DNA from: Catajapyx aquilonaris
Taxonomy: Eukaryota
Direction: 5' to 3'
Length of the DNA stretch: 44,951 nucleotides
Assembly (NCBI GenBank): GCA_000934665.2
Contig: KZ538849.1
Span: 1-44,951, forward strand
Under the pieces are notes generated by a model. It made no database searches and was not told where the DNA came from. It saw nothing but the letters and a program-made list of their open reading frames with translations. The position numbers and the translations under genes are program-made. This document shows positions 32,999 to 44,521 of this stretch, piece after piece (within the stretch, counting starts at the first letter, position 1; every line of letters begins with the position of its first letter).

Positions 32999-35463
32999 TG
33001 TAGTGTCCAGGCAACTGGCTGTTGATGGTTGCCTGGTCACTGCATTATTGATGTTGTTGACTTGTTGGGTAGTTCGATTCTGGCCGATCTCCTGATCGGA
33101 CGCTGTGTACTTGTTGTCCTGAATACAGTTCCAAACTGGTTCTTATACCCTTCCCCGTGTGTTATTCTGTGGTGTCTCTGACGTACTCATCGTGGGGCAC
33201 TACAAATTGGTGTCAGAGACTGGGATTGTGAAACCGCCGGATCGGACGTTGGAGAGGAAGATGTCATTTCTCGAAGAGCTCCGAGCCATCCTGGGGGAAG
33301 GTAGCTGTGGATCCAGCCAGGTGCACTGCAAAGAATTTGTGGAGGGACTGAGGCATAGGACGGAGGCCAGGGAGGAGAGAACTCCGGAGGACTACCACTC
33401 CGTAGAAAGTAGGTGGTGTGGAACCAGAGGGGGGCGATGCGATGACTTCCCAGAGTGGAGAAGAGACTGCCTGCCCGACGAGAGGGTGTCGATCATGCAG
33501 GAGGTCAAGGTGGCCTTGCATGAGGGCATGGCAGAGCTCCGGAGGGAGATGATTGCAGAGATGGTGCAGATGCAGTTGGCAGCGGAGGAGAAAGAACGGT
33601 GCCGCAATGAGGATCTTCAGGCGCAACTGAAGGAGTTGCGTGATGGCCTGGAGTTGGTGGCAAGGGAAGCTGCCAATGGACCTGCAGCGGCGCCGGAAGG
33701 GATCTCTCCATCCGCAAGTGATGGTTTTGGAATGCCATCGCCATCGCTGTCGCAACACTATGCAAGTCGGTCGGCGCCAACAATGGGGGGCCAAGTCACG
33801 TTGCCACGTGACGGCCAAGAGGAATCCTTGGCACCACTACAAACAAACCCGGTGGGGACCACAATTAAAAGCCAGGTGAAGTTGCCAGACAACGGTAGAC
33901 TGGATCTGCTGAGAGAGGACACTGGAACGTCCGGATGTGGACCAAAGCAAGACATCGCAGCGAAGATGGAGCTGCCGGTGTCAACCAGGAAGGAAAGCTG
34001 CACGTTCCCATCAGAGGGTAAAGAAGAGGCCTGGGTGCAAGGATGTTTGCATCACCTGTGGAGGATGGTGATGCTGATGGTGCTGGTGCTAGTAATGTGT
34101 TTGTCAAGATGTGTCAGAGAGCCAGGGTGCTGGAAGTCGCAAAGAAAAGCAGAGAGGGATGCTGCAGATAAAAGTGATGATGCGGCAGGGGTCATCATAT
34201 TGTTGGACAACTGGAGGGGCCGAAAGAGGGTGCAGACTGAAGAGGGCCAGACAGAGGGCGCCGTGGGGTTGCGCTATACCGTCAGGAGGCTGGAAGAGGA
34301 CACAGAGAGATGTGTCGAGGGATGCTGCAGTGGGCCAGGGGCGTCGCAGATCCTGGAGCCAGCGACGGGTGGTCTGGATGCCAGTAAGGATACCTGGAGG
34401 CCAAGGCAGAAAGGTCCAGAAGTAGAAGATACCAAGAGTTTGCTGTTGGCGAGTAATGAGAATGAAGAAGATGCCACTACTAAAGGGACCATCCCGGGGA
34501 GGGATGATTTGATGGACCAGGGTCACGTGGGGGCCGAGGAGAATCAGACTGAGGGCAGGTTGCTCCACACCGTCAGGGGGCTGGGAAAATGCAGAGATCC
34601 AGGCGGTCTGGAGGTCCTGGGGTCAGCGACTGGCAGTCTGGAAGCAGGCGAGTACATATGGAGGCCGAAGCAGAAGAGTCCTAAGAGACGTTCTCGTGGT
34701 AGAGGTGGTTTGCGAGACAAACATGTGAAGAGGAAGGCTAAAGTCCGGTGCAGGGAAAAGGGTGCCGAGTCTCTGCACCATCCAGTCGTGGGGCGAGAAG
34801 ATGATGGGGAGAACCTACTGGAGATGCACTGTGCCCACCAGGGACCAGGCTGATCAGAAGAGTCTGGAGGAAAAGCAGAAGGGCCCAGAGACTGGTGAGC
34901 AAGCAGATGCTGTGAAGAATGGCCCTCAAACAGATGCTGACCATGAGGAGATTGATGGACAAGCAGATGCTGAACTTGAGGAGCCGGATGGTCATCAAGC
35001 TGAGGCTGATCATGAGAGGTCTGGTGATCAGGCAGTTGCTGCTCTTGAGAAGACTGGTGGTCGTGCAGCAGCAGCAGCAATTATGGGAGACAAACTGCGA
35101 CTGGCTCAAGAGAGAAACTCCAGCTGGAGAGGGACAGATTTCAGCTGGCGGAACTGGAGGAAAAGAAGAAGAAAAAAAATGGCTGGAAGTGGAGAGTTGT
35201 TGGAACGAGATAGTTCTCGTTCCGTTTAAGGGGGGAAGATTGTAGTGACCTGGCAACTGGCTGGTGATGGTTGCCTGGTCACTGTTATTTATGTTGTTTA
35301 GGGAACCAGAGTTGTTGGGGTTTCCTATCAGTTCGATTCCTGCTGTCCTGTGAGACGGATGTGTTGATGTATTGTCCTGAATACAGTGCATTCTGGTAGT
35401 TACTTCTTCCCCCGTGTGTGATTATTTTGTGGTGTCCCTGTCGTCTAATCGAGGGGCACTACA
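32999..35463 (+). mobile_element. Non-autonomous Gypsy-like LTR element 1 (5' LTR type A, 3' LTR type B)
   Basis: LTR-A 32999-33204 (TGTAGTG...CACTACA), PBS tggtgtcagagactgggat, PPT aaggggggaaga, LTR-B 35241-35463; no RT, RNase H or integrase motifs seen. Confidence 0.9.
33261..34853 (+). CDS. Gag-like coiled-coil ORF with degenerate protease (DTG) remnant in LTR element 1
   Basis: ATG MSFLEELRAILG just after the PBS. A 7-nt near-duplication (caccagg gaccagg) shifts the frame; the ancestral frame continues to the PPT (ORF 34762-35229). Confidence 0.6.
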   Translation: MSFLEELRAILGEGSCGSSQVHCKEFVEGLRHRTEAREERTPEDYHSVESRWCGTRGGRCDDFPEWRRDCLPDERVSIMQEVKVALHEGMAELRREMIAEMVQMQLAAEEKERCRNEDLQAQLKELRDGLELVAREAANGPAAAPEGISPSASDGFGMPSPSLSQHYASRSAPTMGGQVTLPRDGQEESLAPLQTNPVGTTIKSQVKLPDNGRLDLLREDTGTSGCGPKQDIAAKMELPVSTRKESCTFPSEGKEEAWVQGCLHHLWRMVMLMVLVLVMCLSRCVREPGCWKSQRKAERDAADKSDDAAGVIILLDNWRGRKRVQTEEGQTEGAVGLRYTVRRLEEDTERCVEGCCSGPGASQILEPATGGLDASKDTWRPRQKGPEVEDTKSLLLASNENEEDATTKGTIPGRDDLMDQGHVGAEENQTEGRLLHTVRGLGKCRDPGGLEVLGSATGSLEAGEYIWRPKQKSPKRRSRGRGGLRDKHVKRKAKVRCREKGAESLHHPVVGREDDGENLLEMHCAHQGPG

Positions 35464-35487
35464 AATTTGTAGTGCCCCTCGATTAGT

Positions 35488-38032
35488 TGTAGTGTCCCAC
35501 GATGAGTACGTCAGAGACACCACAGAATAACACACGGGGAAGGGTATAAGAACCAGTTTGGAACTGTATTCAGGACAACAAGTACACAGCGTCCGATCAG
35601 GAGATCGGCCAGAATCGAACTACCCAACAAGTCAACAACATCAATAATGCAGTGACCATGCAACCATCAACAGCCAGTTGCCTGGACACTACATTCTTCC
35701 CCCCTTAGAAATGGAACGAGAACTATCTCGTTCCAACAATCCTCTTCCTCCAGCCTGGACCCCATTTTTTTTTCTTATTCCTTCTCCAGGTCCTCCAGAC
35801 TGGCCCTCTCCAGCTGGAGTTTCTTGGCTGGAGATGCTGCTGCTTCTCCACTTGTGAACTCTGCAGCTTCATCCTTGTCATCCTCTGCAACTTCCTTCAA
35901 GAGCTTCCCAAGGTCACATTCCGTTGTGTCGTCCCACAGCTCGCCTTCTGCGGGCTTCTCTGGGTCACCAGCATCTGCATGACTACTAGCATCACCACCA
36001 AATTCTCACGCTCAGCATCAGGTTGACCACCAGACTCCTCATGATCAACATCTGCATCTGCTTGCTCACCAGCATCTGCATGACTACCAGCATCCATCAC
36101 CACCAGACTACCCACGCTCAGCATCAGGTTGACCACCAGACTCTTCATGATCAACATCTGCATCTGCTTGCTCACCAGTCTCTGGGTCATTCTCGTCCTC
36201 CAGACTCTTCTCCTCAGCCTGGTGGGCACAGTGCTTCTCCAGTAGGATCTCCTCTCGAATCCCCCCAGCATCTTCTTCTTGCCCCCCAACTGGATGGTAC
36301 AACGCTTCGGCATCCTCTTCCCGGCACAGGACATTCGCCTTCCTCTTCTGTTTCGCAGTAGCCTCTTCATCTTCACCCTCATCAGCCTGCGTTGGCAACA
36401 GCAAAGTCTATTCTCGCCGTTTTCCAGATCTCTCGTCGCTGGCACCTGGACCTGCATGACATCTGGCTCTCTGCAGCATCTTGACGAATACATCACCAGC
36501 ACCATCAGCATCACCATCACCATCACCACAGGGGCGGCAAACATACCTCGCACCAGGGCCTCGTCTTTACCCTCTGACGGGAAAGTGCAGCTTTCTTTCC
36601 TGGTTGACACCGGCAGCTCCATCTTCGCTGCGATGTCCTCCTTGTCCTCACTCTTGGGCTCCCCAGCTTCACGCATTGGCTGCTCCGTCACTAGGTGCAG
36701 CATCCCCATGTCGCTCCTGGGCATCTCTTTGTCTGCAACGGTACAGCCTTCTTTCAGGCTCGGCATCGCCAGCTCCATCTCCGCCTCGATGTCCTGCCTG
36801 TTCACACCCCTGGTCTCTCCATAGTCACCTTCTGGCTGCTCCGTCTCTGGCTGCGATACAGTACCATCGCACCTGGGCCCCTCCTTGCCCTCCATCACGA
36901 CGATGCAGCTATGTAGCCTTTCTTCTCCAGCACGATTCCCCTGCAGCAAGTCCACCCCGAAAACGAATGGTAAACGTAATCCCGGGATGACCATGTCAGG
37001 AATCTTCCTGGGGTTTCCCATCTCTTCGAAACCCCTGCAGCTGGTCACTTCAACAGTAGAGGTCACCTTCCCCCCGCTGTCAACTCCTTCCCAGCCAGAC
37101 ATCGGCAGCTCCAACTCAGCAGCTCAGCTCTGTCTTGGCTGGCCCCACACTCGGACGTCCCAGTGTCCCATCTCGACAGCTCCCTTCTGCCGTTGTCTGG
37201 CAACGTCGACTCGCCGCTAATCATAAGCTTCTTCTGGTGTGTTTGCTCCGTCTCCAAGGCGCCTCCTTCGCCGTCGTGTGGCAACGTCCCCTTGTCCCTC
37301 ATTGTTGGCTCCACGGTTGGCTCCATTGGCTCTTTCCCGTTTGTTTGGAACACAGCAACTCTCGCAAACATCGCCTTCCTTGCTTCCAAGTACTTGCGCG
37401 ACAACTCGTCTTCCCAGGCCTGCAGCCCCTCGTCGTGGCTCTGACGATCAGCCATCTCGGCCATCTGCATCCGCATCACGAACTCGCCTCGCATATTTCT
37501 CCGGAGTTTCTCCTCCATGGATGCTCTTCCATCGGGCAGGTGGCCACCTCGCAACGCCTGGTATTCTCCAACTCGACCCCCGTTGCTTCCCTGCCACCTA
37601 CCCGGAGTTCTCTCCTCCCTGCTGGCCTCCATCCTGCGCCTCAGTGCTTCCACCAATACATCCTTCCAATGTACTTGGATGGCTCCACAGCTCTCTTCAG
37701 CTTTGCCGCACCTCTCTTCCCCAAGAATGGCTCTCAGCTGATCGAGGAATGCCATCTTCCTCGCAACTTCCGAACAGGCGGTTTCGTTATCCCACTTCTG
37801 ACACCAATTTGTAGTGCCCCTCGATTAGACGACAGGGACACCACAAAATAATCACACACGGGGGAAGAAGTAACTACCAGAATGCACTGTATTCAGGACA
37901 ATACATCAACACATCCGTCTCACAGGACAGCAGGAATCGAACTGATAGGAAACCCCAACAACTCTGGTTCCCTAAACAACATAAATAACAGTGACCAGGC
38001 AACCATCACCAGCCAGTTGCCAGGTCACTACA
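35488..38032 (-). mobile_element. Non-autonomous Gypsy-like LTR element 2 (5' LTR type B, 3' LTR type A)
   Basis: LTR-B reverse copy 37810-38032, PBS tggtgtcagaagtgggat (complementary to a tRNA-Leu 3' end ATCCCACTTCTGACACCA), PPT at 35694-35706, LTR-A reverse copy 35488-35693. Confidence 0.9.
35710..37755 (-). pseudogene. Frameshifted paralogous gag/protease-like ORF in LTR element 2
   Basis: MAFLDQLRAILG start homologous to element 1; WDTGTS and VIPGLRLPFVFGVDLL (protease-like); split across ORFs 37063-37755, 35897-37114 and 36108-36404. Confidence 0.6.
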
Positions 38033-39937
38033 ATATACCAGTCTTACCTCTCTTCTTTTTCCTCTTCGTTTCTCTCTCCATCTGTCCCACCTTTGAATAT
38101 ACTATAGCCAGATAGCCATAGTTGATTTGCTTGGCTTCTTCTCAATAAACCCAAACCCAAACCCTGACTGCCAGCGACTGACTCTCTCTGCAGGTGCGGA
38201 AATATTCATGAGTAGGCTACTCATGAAGGTACTCCCCACCAGAGGACACCTTCTGTGCTTCATTTGTTTCCGCAACTTTTTGCATTTCCCACTGGCGATT
38301 AACAGGTTTTTCGGTTTTTCTCCCGAGCCCTTCAAATGTAAGATTAGTTATGAAATACTTGCAACATAGGATGTGTCTAGTTATGATCGATCTAAGGCTG
38401 CGGTGGGCCCCCCAGAGCGCGAAGGGATGGCAGGGGATTGTTGTGTTAGGAGGGAGCTATTGAAAGACTCGACTAGGCTTTGGAATGTCATCTAACAAGT
38501 TTAATCAACAATGTCAATACACTACTATGAATACATAGTAACTATACAACTGCCATGGCCCCCAATCTCCTTTCTGTTTGCTGATACCAGTTGACAATCC
38601 CTAGATCCGAAACTCTGGAAAACATAACATTTTCATGGTCGAGGTCACCGGAACTTTTTAGCTCGATTTGGGTGCCAGACAATCGCGCCCTAGATAATGT
38701 GCTTTTACTGCATGTAGTAGGCATAATAATAAAATATTGTAAACCTGCGCCTAATTGAGAACTAAACTGGATGTACAGGGTGTCCCACAAGTCTGGACGA
38801 GACTAGACGAGACTGGACCCATAGGAGTTTCCTATTACATTGTTGTAGTATATGATTACTATTGTTACATAGTAACATTGTACAGTGTTTATTAGTAGCT
38901 ACTAGTAGCGGACCCGTTGCCAAATTTGGGCAACACTGCTTGGCCCACCCCCCACATGAAAGTAGTATAGGCCCCTACCAGTTGGCGCATAGGCTCTCCC
39001 TCTGCACACTACAGTATACTGCCGTGCTTACAGGGAAAGTATAATACTGCGTACTACATGCACATTGGTGTCATTTTCTTCATTAGGTGAGGAGCATCAG
39101 CCGAATAATTTGCTGCAGACCCATGGGCCCTGTGAGTGAGGGTTGCCATTTAATAATAAAATCCCCTTATGTCCAAGCATAGTTTTTCGTGTGTTTCTCA
39201 AAACTACCTCGATGTGACTTATGGGGTTTTTCCCGCCGACGTGACGCGACGCCTCTATTATTTTACAGGGGCACAGGTTTTTTACGTCATAATGAGCGTC
39301 ATTCACAAATTTCTTTATTGTTGAACACTCTAGTCTGGACACTGATGAAGTCCTCAGAGTGCATTGTATATGTCTTCCTCAATTTATACTCTTACATTTA
39401 GCCTCCTAGCAGCCTTGTGTGTGCAGAAGCCTCCTAGCAGCAGCAGTCTTGTAGTGTACACGTGGGAAGATTCAACCCACGTCACGTCATACCTAGCCAT
39501 TTTTTGAACCAACCTTACCTTACCTCCCCTCTCGTTGAGTTAATTGTACGAATTCAAGAAAATATATGGTTATGGAACATACTTTCGATCTAATATTTTA
39601 CTTCCCTCCTTACGACACCTTACAACACCCCTCTTCGCTTTTTTTTTATTTTAAAAAATCTAATATTTCAACTGATAGGCCTACTGGCATTTTAAATATT
39701 TTTAGAGTTACTTCGGCTTTAAAATGTGCAGCATATTGGGGGAAAAAACGCGAACAAAAACGCACCCCTCACTTTAATTCTCAGAATCGTATTATTTCAG
39801 AATGGAAGGGAAAAAAGCTGAATACGTCACCGAGTTAGCTATCTTGCCATGAGTTCTGAGTTGCATCTACAGCGTGATCTACAGGGAGTTACGGTAAAAA
39901 CACCGACTTTTGTCCTAAGAGCTAATGGACCACAGGA

Positions 39938-41172
39938 ACACACACACCCACACTCTCTGCGCCTGGAGACGTGAAAAAGACAACTTTTCAAAGAGTGTGT
40001 CAACTATACTAACCTAACCTAACCTACCCTACCTTACCCTATGTAGCCTAGGCTGAGAAAAATTGACCTTTCTAAAACCCTGCAACTGGAAATAGTGGGG
40101 ACTTGTCCCCACTACTGCAAAAGCAAACCCGCAATTTTGTTGTGGACAGTGCCGGATTTATAGGGGTGCGCAGGGTGCGATCGCGCCCGGCCCCCCTGCC
40201 AGCCCCCCCCCCCCAATAAAAATGTGAAAATATTTTATTTTATTATTATAAATTAAAATTTTACTACTTGTGACGATAGTGACCAACCTCCAGCTCCAGG
40301 CTAAACTGCTTAATAGTAAGCAATTCCTCATCGGAAAAGGGAGTCAAAGTCGGGAGCACTACCCGCTTTCCCGTGGCAGTGAATNCCCCCCCCCCCCCCA
40401 CGGAATGTTTGAAATAGCCGGAAATAGCATTAGAAATTACTAATTCATGATTTTTCTTCGGAAAAAGTGCTACCAATTTCAACAAATACACACCCATTCA
40501 AATCTCCCACATTCACCTAAGCTCGTGTGACCTTGAACCCAAAATTTCCGCCATTTACCGCTTGTTCATCTAGTGCTTATGAAATGGGGCCCCACTTGAA
40601 ATTTTTCTGCCTACGCGCCTTCCTTATTGCTGTATACTTTAATTTCTACGTTCGGGGGCACCCCCTAACTAAGATCGCCCCGGGGGCCCTGAGGTCTCAA
40701 TCCGGCCCTGCTTGTGGGAACCGTAAACGTCCCCTCAAGTGGGGGAAATCCGGAAATGTCCCCACAGATGAGTGAAAGTTCCCACAGTTACAGTAAAAAC
40801 AACTACAGTACTTCCGGTCCCACAGCTTATTGAAGACAGGTACACCCCCCNCCCCCACACACACACACACTTGCGCTCGATAAGCTGTGGGAATTTTGAA
40901 AACTCAACTTTTCGAAGCTAGTGTAAACTAACCTAACATAACCTACCCTACCCTAACTAACCTAGGCTGAGAGAAATGAACTTTTGTAAAACCCTGCAAA
41001 ACGAAATTGTGGGGACATGTCCCCACTATAATGGTAACGTTCTCGTGTGCGAGGCTGTGGGGACCGAAAATGTTCACACAAGTGGGGCAAAGTCCCCAGA
41101 GTTACAGTAAAACACCTGTTTCCGTCCCCACACCTTATTGCAGACAAGTAGCTAGGCCTACTGTACACACAC
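39938..41172. repeat. Two tandem copies of a (CA)n-flanked element with AACCT repeats and gtggggac/gtccccac motifs; first copy interrupted by a hAT MITE
   Basis: Shared block ctaggctgaga...aaaaccctgcaa...gtggggac(t/a)tgtccccacta at about 40047 and 40962. Confidence 0.65.
40147..40710. mobile_element. hAT-like MITE
   Basis: TIR cag(t/g)gccggatt; 8-bp flanks gttgtgga and cttgtggg. Confidence 0.7.
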
Positions 41173-41550
41173 CCATACCTGTCTCGCTTTATAATGAAGA
41201 TAATGGAATAGAGCCTAAATCTCCAATTTCGTTGCATGAATTTGCAAGCAACGTAAGTTAAATTCCAGCCGACACGAGGAGACGAACAGCAGGATCGATG
41301 TTGTGCATAATATGAGAATACTAATGTATGATAATGCAAGCCCGTGACCGGGTCGGTCAACCGGGTCAGTCGAACGGGTCAGTCTCCATGGACACTTGTT
41401 TTCATTTCTCGAGTTCATTGTTGGTCACACCTCACTTTCGGAAAGTTCTATCTAAATTCTCCGTCCCAAATTATCTTTCTAAATTTTCAGCACACTTCGC
41501 TTTTTCGTCCAGGAATCCTCCAGCAGGTCCATCAACTTTCGTGCAATACA

Positions 41551-42963
41551 ATGGAACTGACCATCAAAAATCACCTCAAGCTTCCCTTCGGGACTAGTGT
41601 TACAGCCGTAGAGTTGAAACTTCTGGTCAGGGTGAGTCTTACTATACTTCAGGAGCATTTTGTGGTTACTTTGGGGTGGTCTTGAATGCACTGTTCGATC
41701 CATTACGTGTTCTCAGGAGCAGCTCTATGAGATCAGGCGCTACACTAGAGACAGCATGGGTCACCTGCAGGATCTCATGAAGGACGAATTGGACATAAGA
41801 TTTGCCTACATGATCCCGCTCACGGCCATCACGCACACTCATGACGCCATCCACATCATGATGAAGCTAAGCGAGCCTCCCCGTAAGTGGCCTTGCCTAA
41901 AACACTTGGCGGAAGTGTCTGACTTCGCGAGGGCCCTTGTTCCGAAAGATCATGTGAGCTTGGTTTAACTTATACAGTCTTGTGGTCGTCAGCAGTGTCG
42001 TAATCCCTAGCTTTTATAAGTGCCACTCGAATTGTGTTGCACCTCCAATGTTTCATAGCCCCAAAAGCTTTCGGAAAAAATGGAGCAACAACACTTTTGA
42101 CGGTTACATGACAAGTGCACCAAATAATGACATGCCGACCATTCGAATTACAACTAAATTTCTTACCCATTTAACGTCGCAGCCATTCGTCTACTTGACG
42201 GACCACGCCTGTTTTATTGAAGCAATAGCCCTTAAAGTGAAAGACCTCCATCGTGAGTGTCTTAGACGCCATGAAAGGCAACAGCTCAGCTTCAAGGTAA
42301 AGTGGATATCATAATACTGTAGTCTAATATTTGAAGGGTCACCCCGAATAATGTTGTAAGTGATTATTGTAACCCATGTCACTTATACAACATTCCCCGT
42401 TGATTCGGGGCGAGCCTTCAATTATGTACCCAGACTTCATCTGTGCATGTGAACATATTTTGCATATATGTCACCGATCTTTGTGCTGATGATAATGAGA
42501 CACAATTCAGCACCATAATATGGGTTGTATCTTTCAGAAGGTGGAAGATGCCCTGGAGGATGAGATCACCTTCCTGCGTCTCTTCCCCGAAGCCTTCAAG
42601 CTGGGGATAGACAACTTTCTAGAGCTTCTCAACAGTTTTTGTATGAAGAAGCGCAAGTTTGCGGGTTTACATTCCCAGACTGAACTTAACGTGTGCTTAC
42701 GTGCTGTGGTTGGCCTAGTGAATGAGGTAAAGTATATAGAAATCAGTGGGGGCCTGTAGCCTTCGCATATGTGCCAGTAAGAGAACATTATTATTTAATG
42801 GGCAATTCCACGTGACGTGCATCACCTTTTTGATGGAAAAATATGCCCGTCGCGTCGGTGAGTGTGAGATATGTTGTAGTCCAGGTCAAGTTAGGATCTT
42901 TCCCATAAGGATTTGCTCCGATGATGCGTGGTTGCCTATCTACAGGCGCTAATTGTACCTTAA
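41551..42963 (+). CDS. Five-exon gene of unknown function, about 212 aa
   Basis: Exons 41551-41631, 41717-41953, 42183-42296, 42538-42726, 42946-42963. All four introns are GT-AG, phase 0 (gtgagt, gtgagc, gtaaag, gtaaag) and give an uninterrupted globular-looking protein MELTIKNHLKLPFG...ALIVP*. The last exon is the least certain. Confidence 0.65.
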
Positions 42964-44521
42964 TCACATTTAGAGGCGTTCCGCTATAACATTACATGAC
43001 AACATAAATGCATAATGTAATACATGTTTCATATTGGAAATTGTCTCCTCTTTACAAAAAAACATGTTCATTTTCCTACATCTGTGCAAATTGATGCCAA
43101 AAAGCGAGATGTTTTGGGGGGAAATGTAATTTTCGAATCAAAGGCCCAAGTCAAATGTCATCACATTGATATCAAAATACGCTTCATATAGTGTCCTCTA
43201 TCTGTGATGCAAACGGAATTATGGAGAACGAAAGGGTTACGGAGCTATAGGCACTGACAGGTCGAGCGCTGCCGGAGTGCCACGCCAGCAGAGTGAAAAT
43301 AAGTGGCCCATATCGGCCATATGGAGCCAGAAGGAATTTTCATTGATCTGGACTTTGGCTAGGAAGGTCCAGAGGTATAAAGAAACAAATACAAAGTAGG
43401 CTACAAGGAATTTTTATTCTAACTTAATCAACATTTTTTGACATTTACATGGAATATTCATTAATTCTCACTTTACCATAGTACATACACTAAAAGTACC
43501 GTACTTCATAGATTGCGAAATTTGAATATTGTCTTACAATTACTGAGAACCTTCTTCTCATAATTGGGAATAAAACAGTTGCATTGCAATGTTCCAGTCA
43601 TTGTGCTTGCTATAGCAAATCTCTTCTGCACAGTTCATCCTTTGTTCTCTCGTGATTATCTGACCAGTAAGAATGTTTCCTTTCCGTTTTCGACAGCCCA
43701 CGTCTACATTGAAATTGGGTCCGCCACCATTGTTCCCCCGCTCCCTGGAGGCAAGTTAAAGACGAGGTTCTCATTTTCATGTTACCCTTATACACCATCG
43801 TAAGGGTCCTTCCCATGCATTGTGGCATGAAAGTGTCATTTTGATGACACACCAAAATCTTCTTTGTGATTCAGCAGATTGATAAATTGATCTTTGTTTT
43901 TAAAGTTCAAAGCTGCGCCTCGGTGGCGTAGAAGACTTTCAGGATTTATTTTTATTTCCCTTAGGTGCTCTAACTGTTGTTGGCACAAAAATATACAGCT
44001 GAGGTGTCTTGCTTTTTTGAATAAAATAGGATCGCAATACTTCCATGTTCAAGCTGTCTATCCTTTATATGGCACCATATAACTGCAAAAATAAACCCTT
44101 GTTCTTTTCCCACATGAAAAGACTGAGCTTCATTTTGTGCGACGACAGTCAAATTCCCAGCAAAATCGATTTACACCATAAGTCCCTTATTGTTCAAAAT
44201 TTATTTCAAGACCCCAATAAATTAGATCAAAAACTTTCCCTTCGGTAAAAAAAGAGAAGTAAGACCTCCGCGGCGGAATAAAAGTACTGAAACAAGGCAG
44301 GCGCACGTAAGACCTTCACCAATTGATTTAAGCTGTACCATAGGTCTTACTCAAGCAATTACCAATTTAGTGCTCATGAAATCTCCTTTCTGAAAACAAA
44401 TTTGTGGAATTTCTGTCGTACTACTAGTTACTTCTAACTTAGCAGTACCAGTGTAGTGCAATGGTACTGCTATAAGTTAGCAGTAACTACAGACCTATAG
44501 TTCATAGTAATAATAGTAGTA

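Noticed and set aside
32999..38032. DIRS/PAT-like split-repeat retroelement
   Set aside because: No tyrosine recombinase or RT; both halves have ordinary TG...CA LTRs, PBS and PPT.
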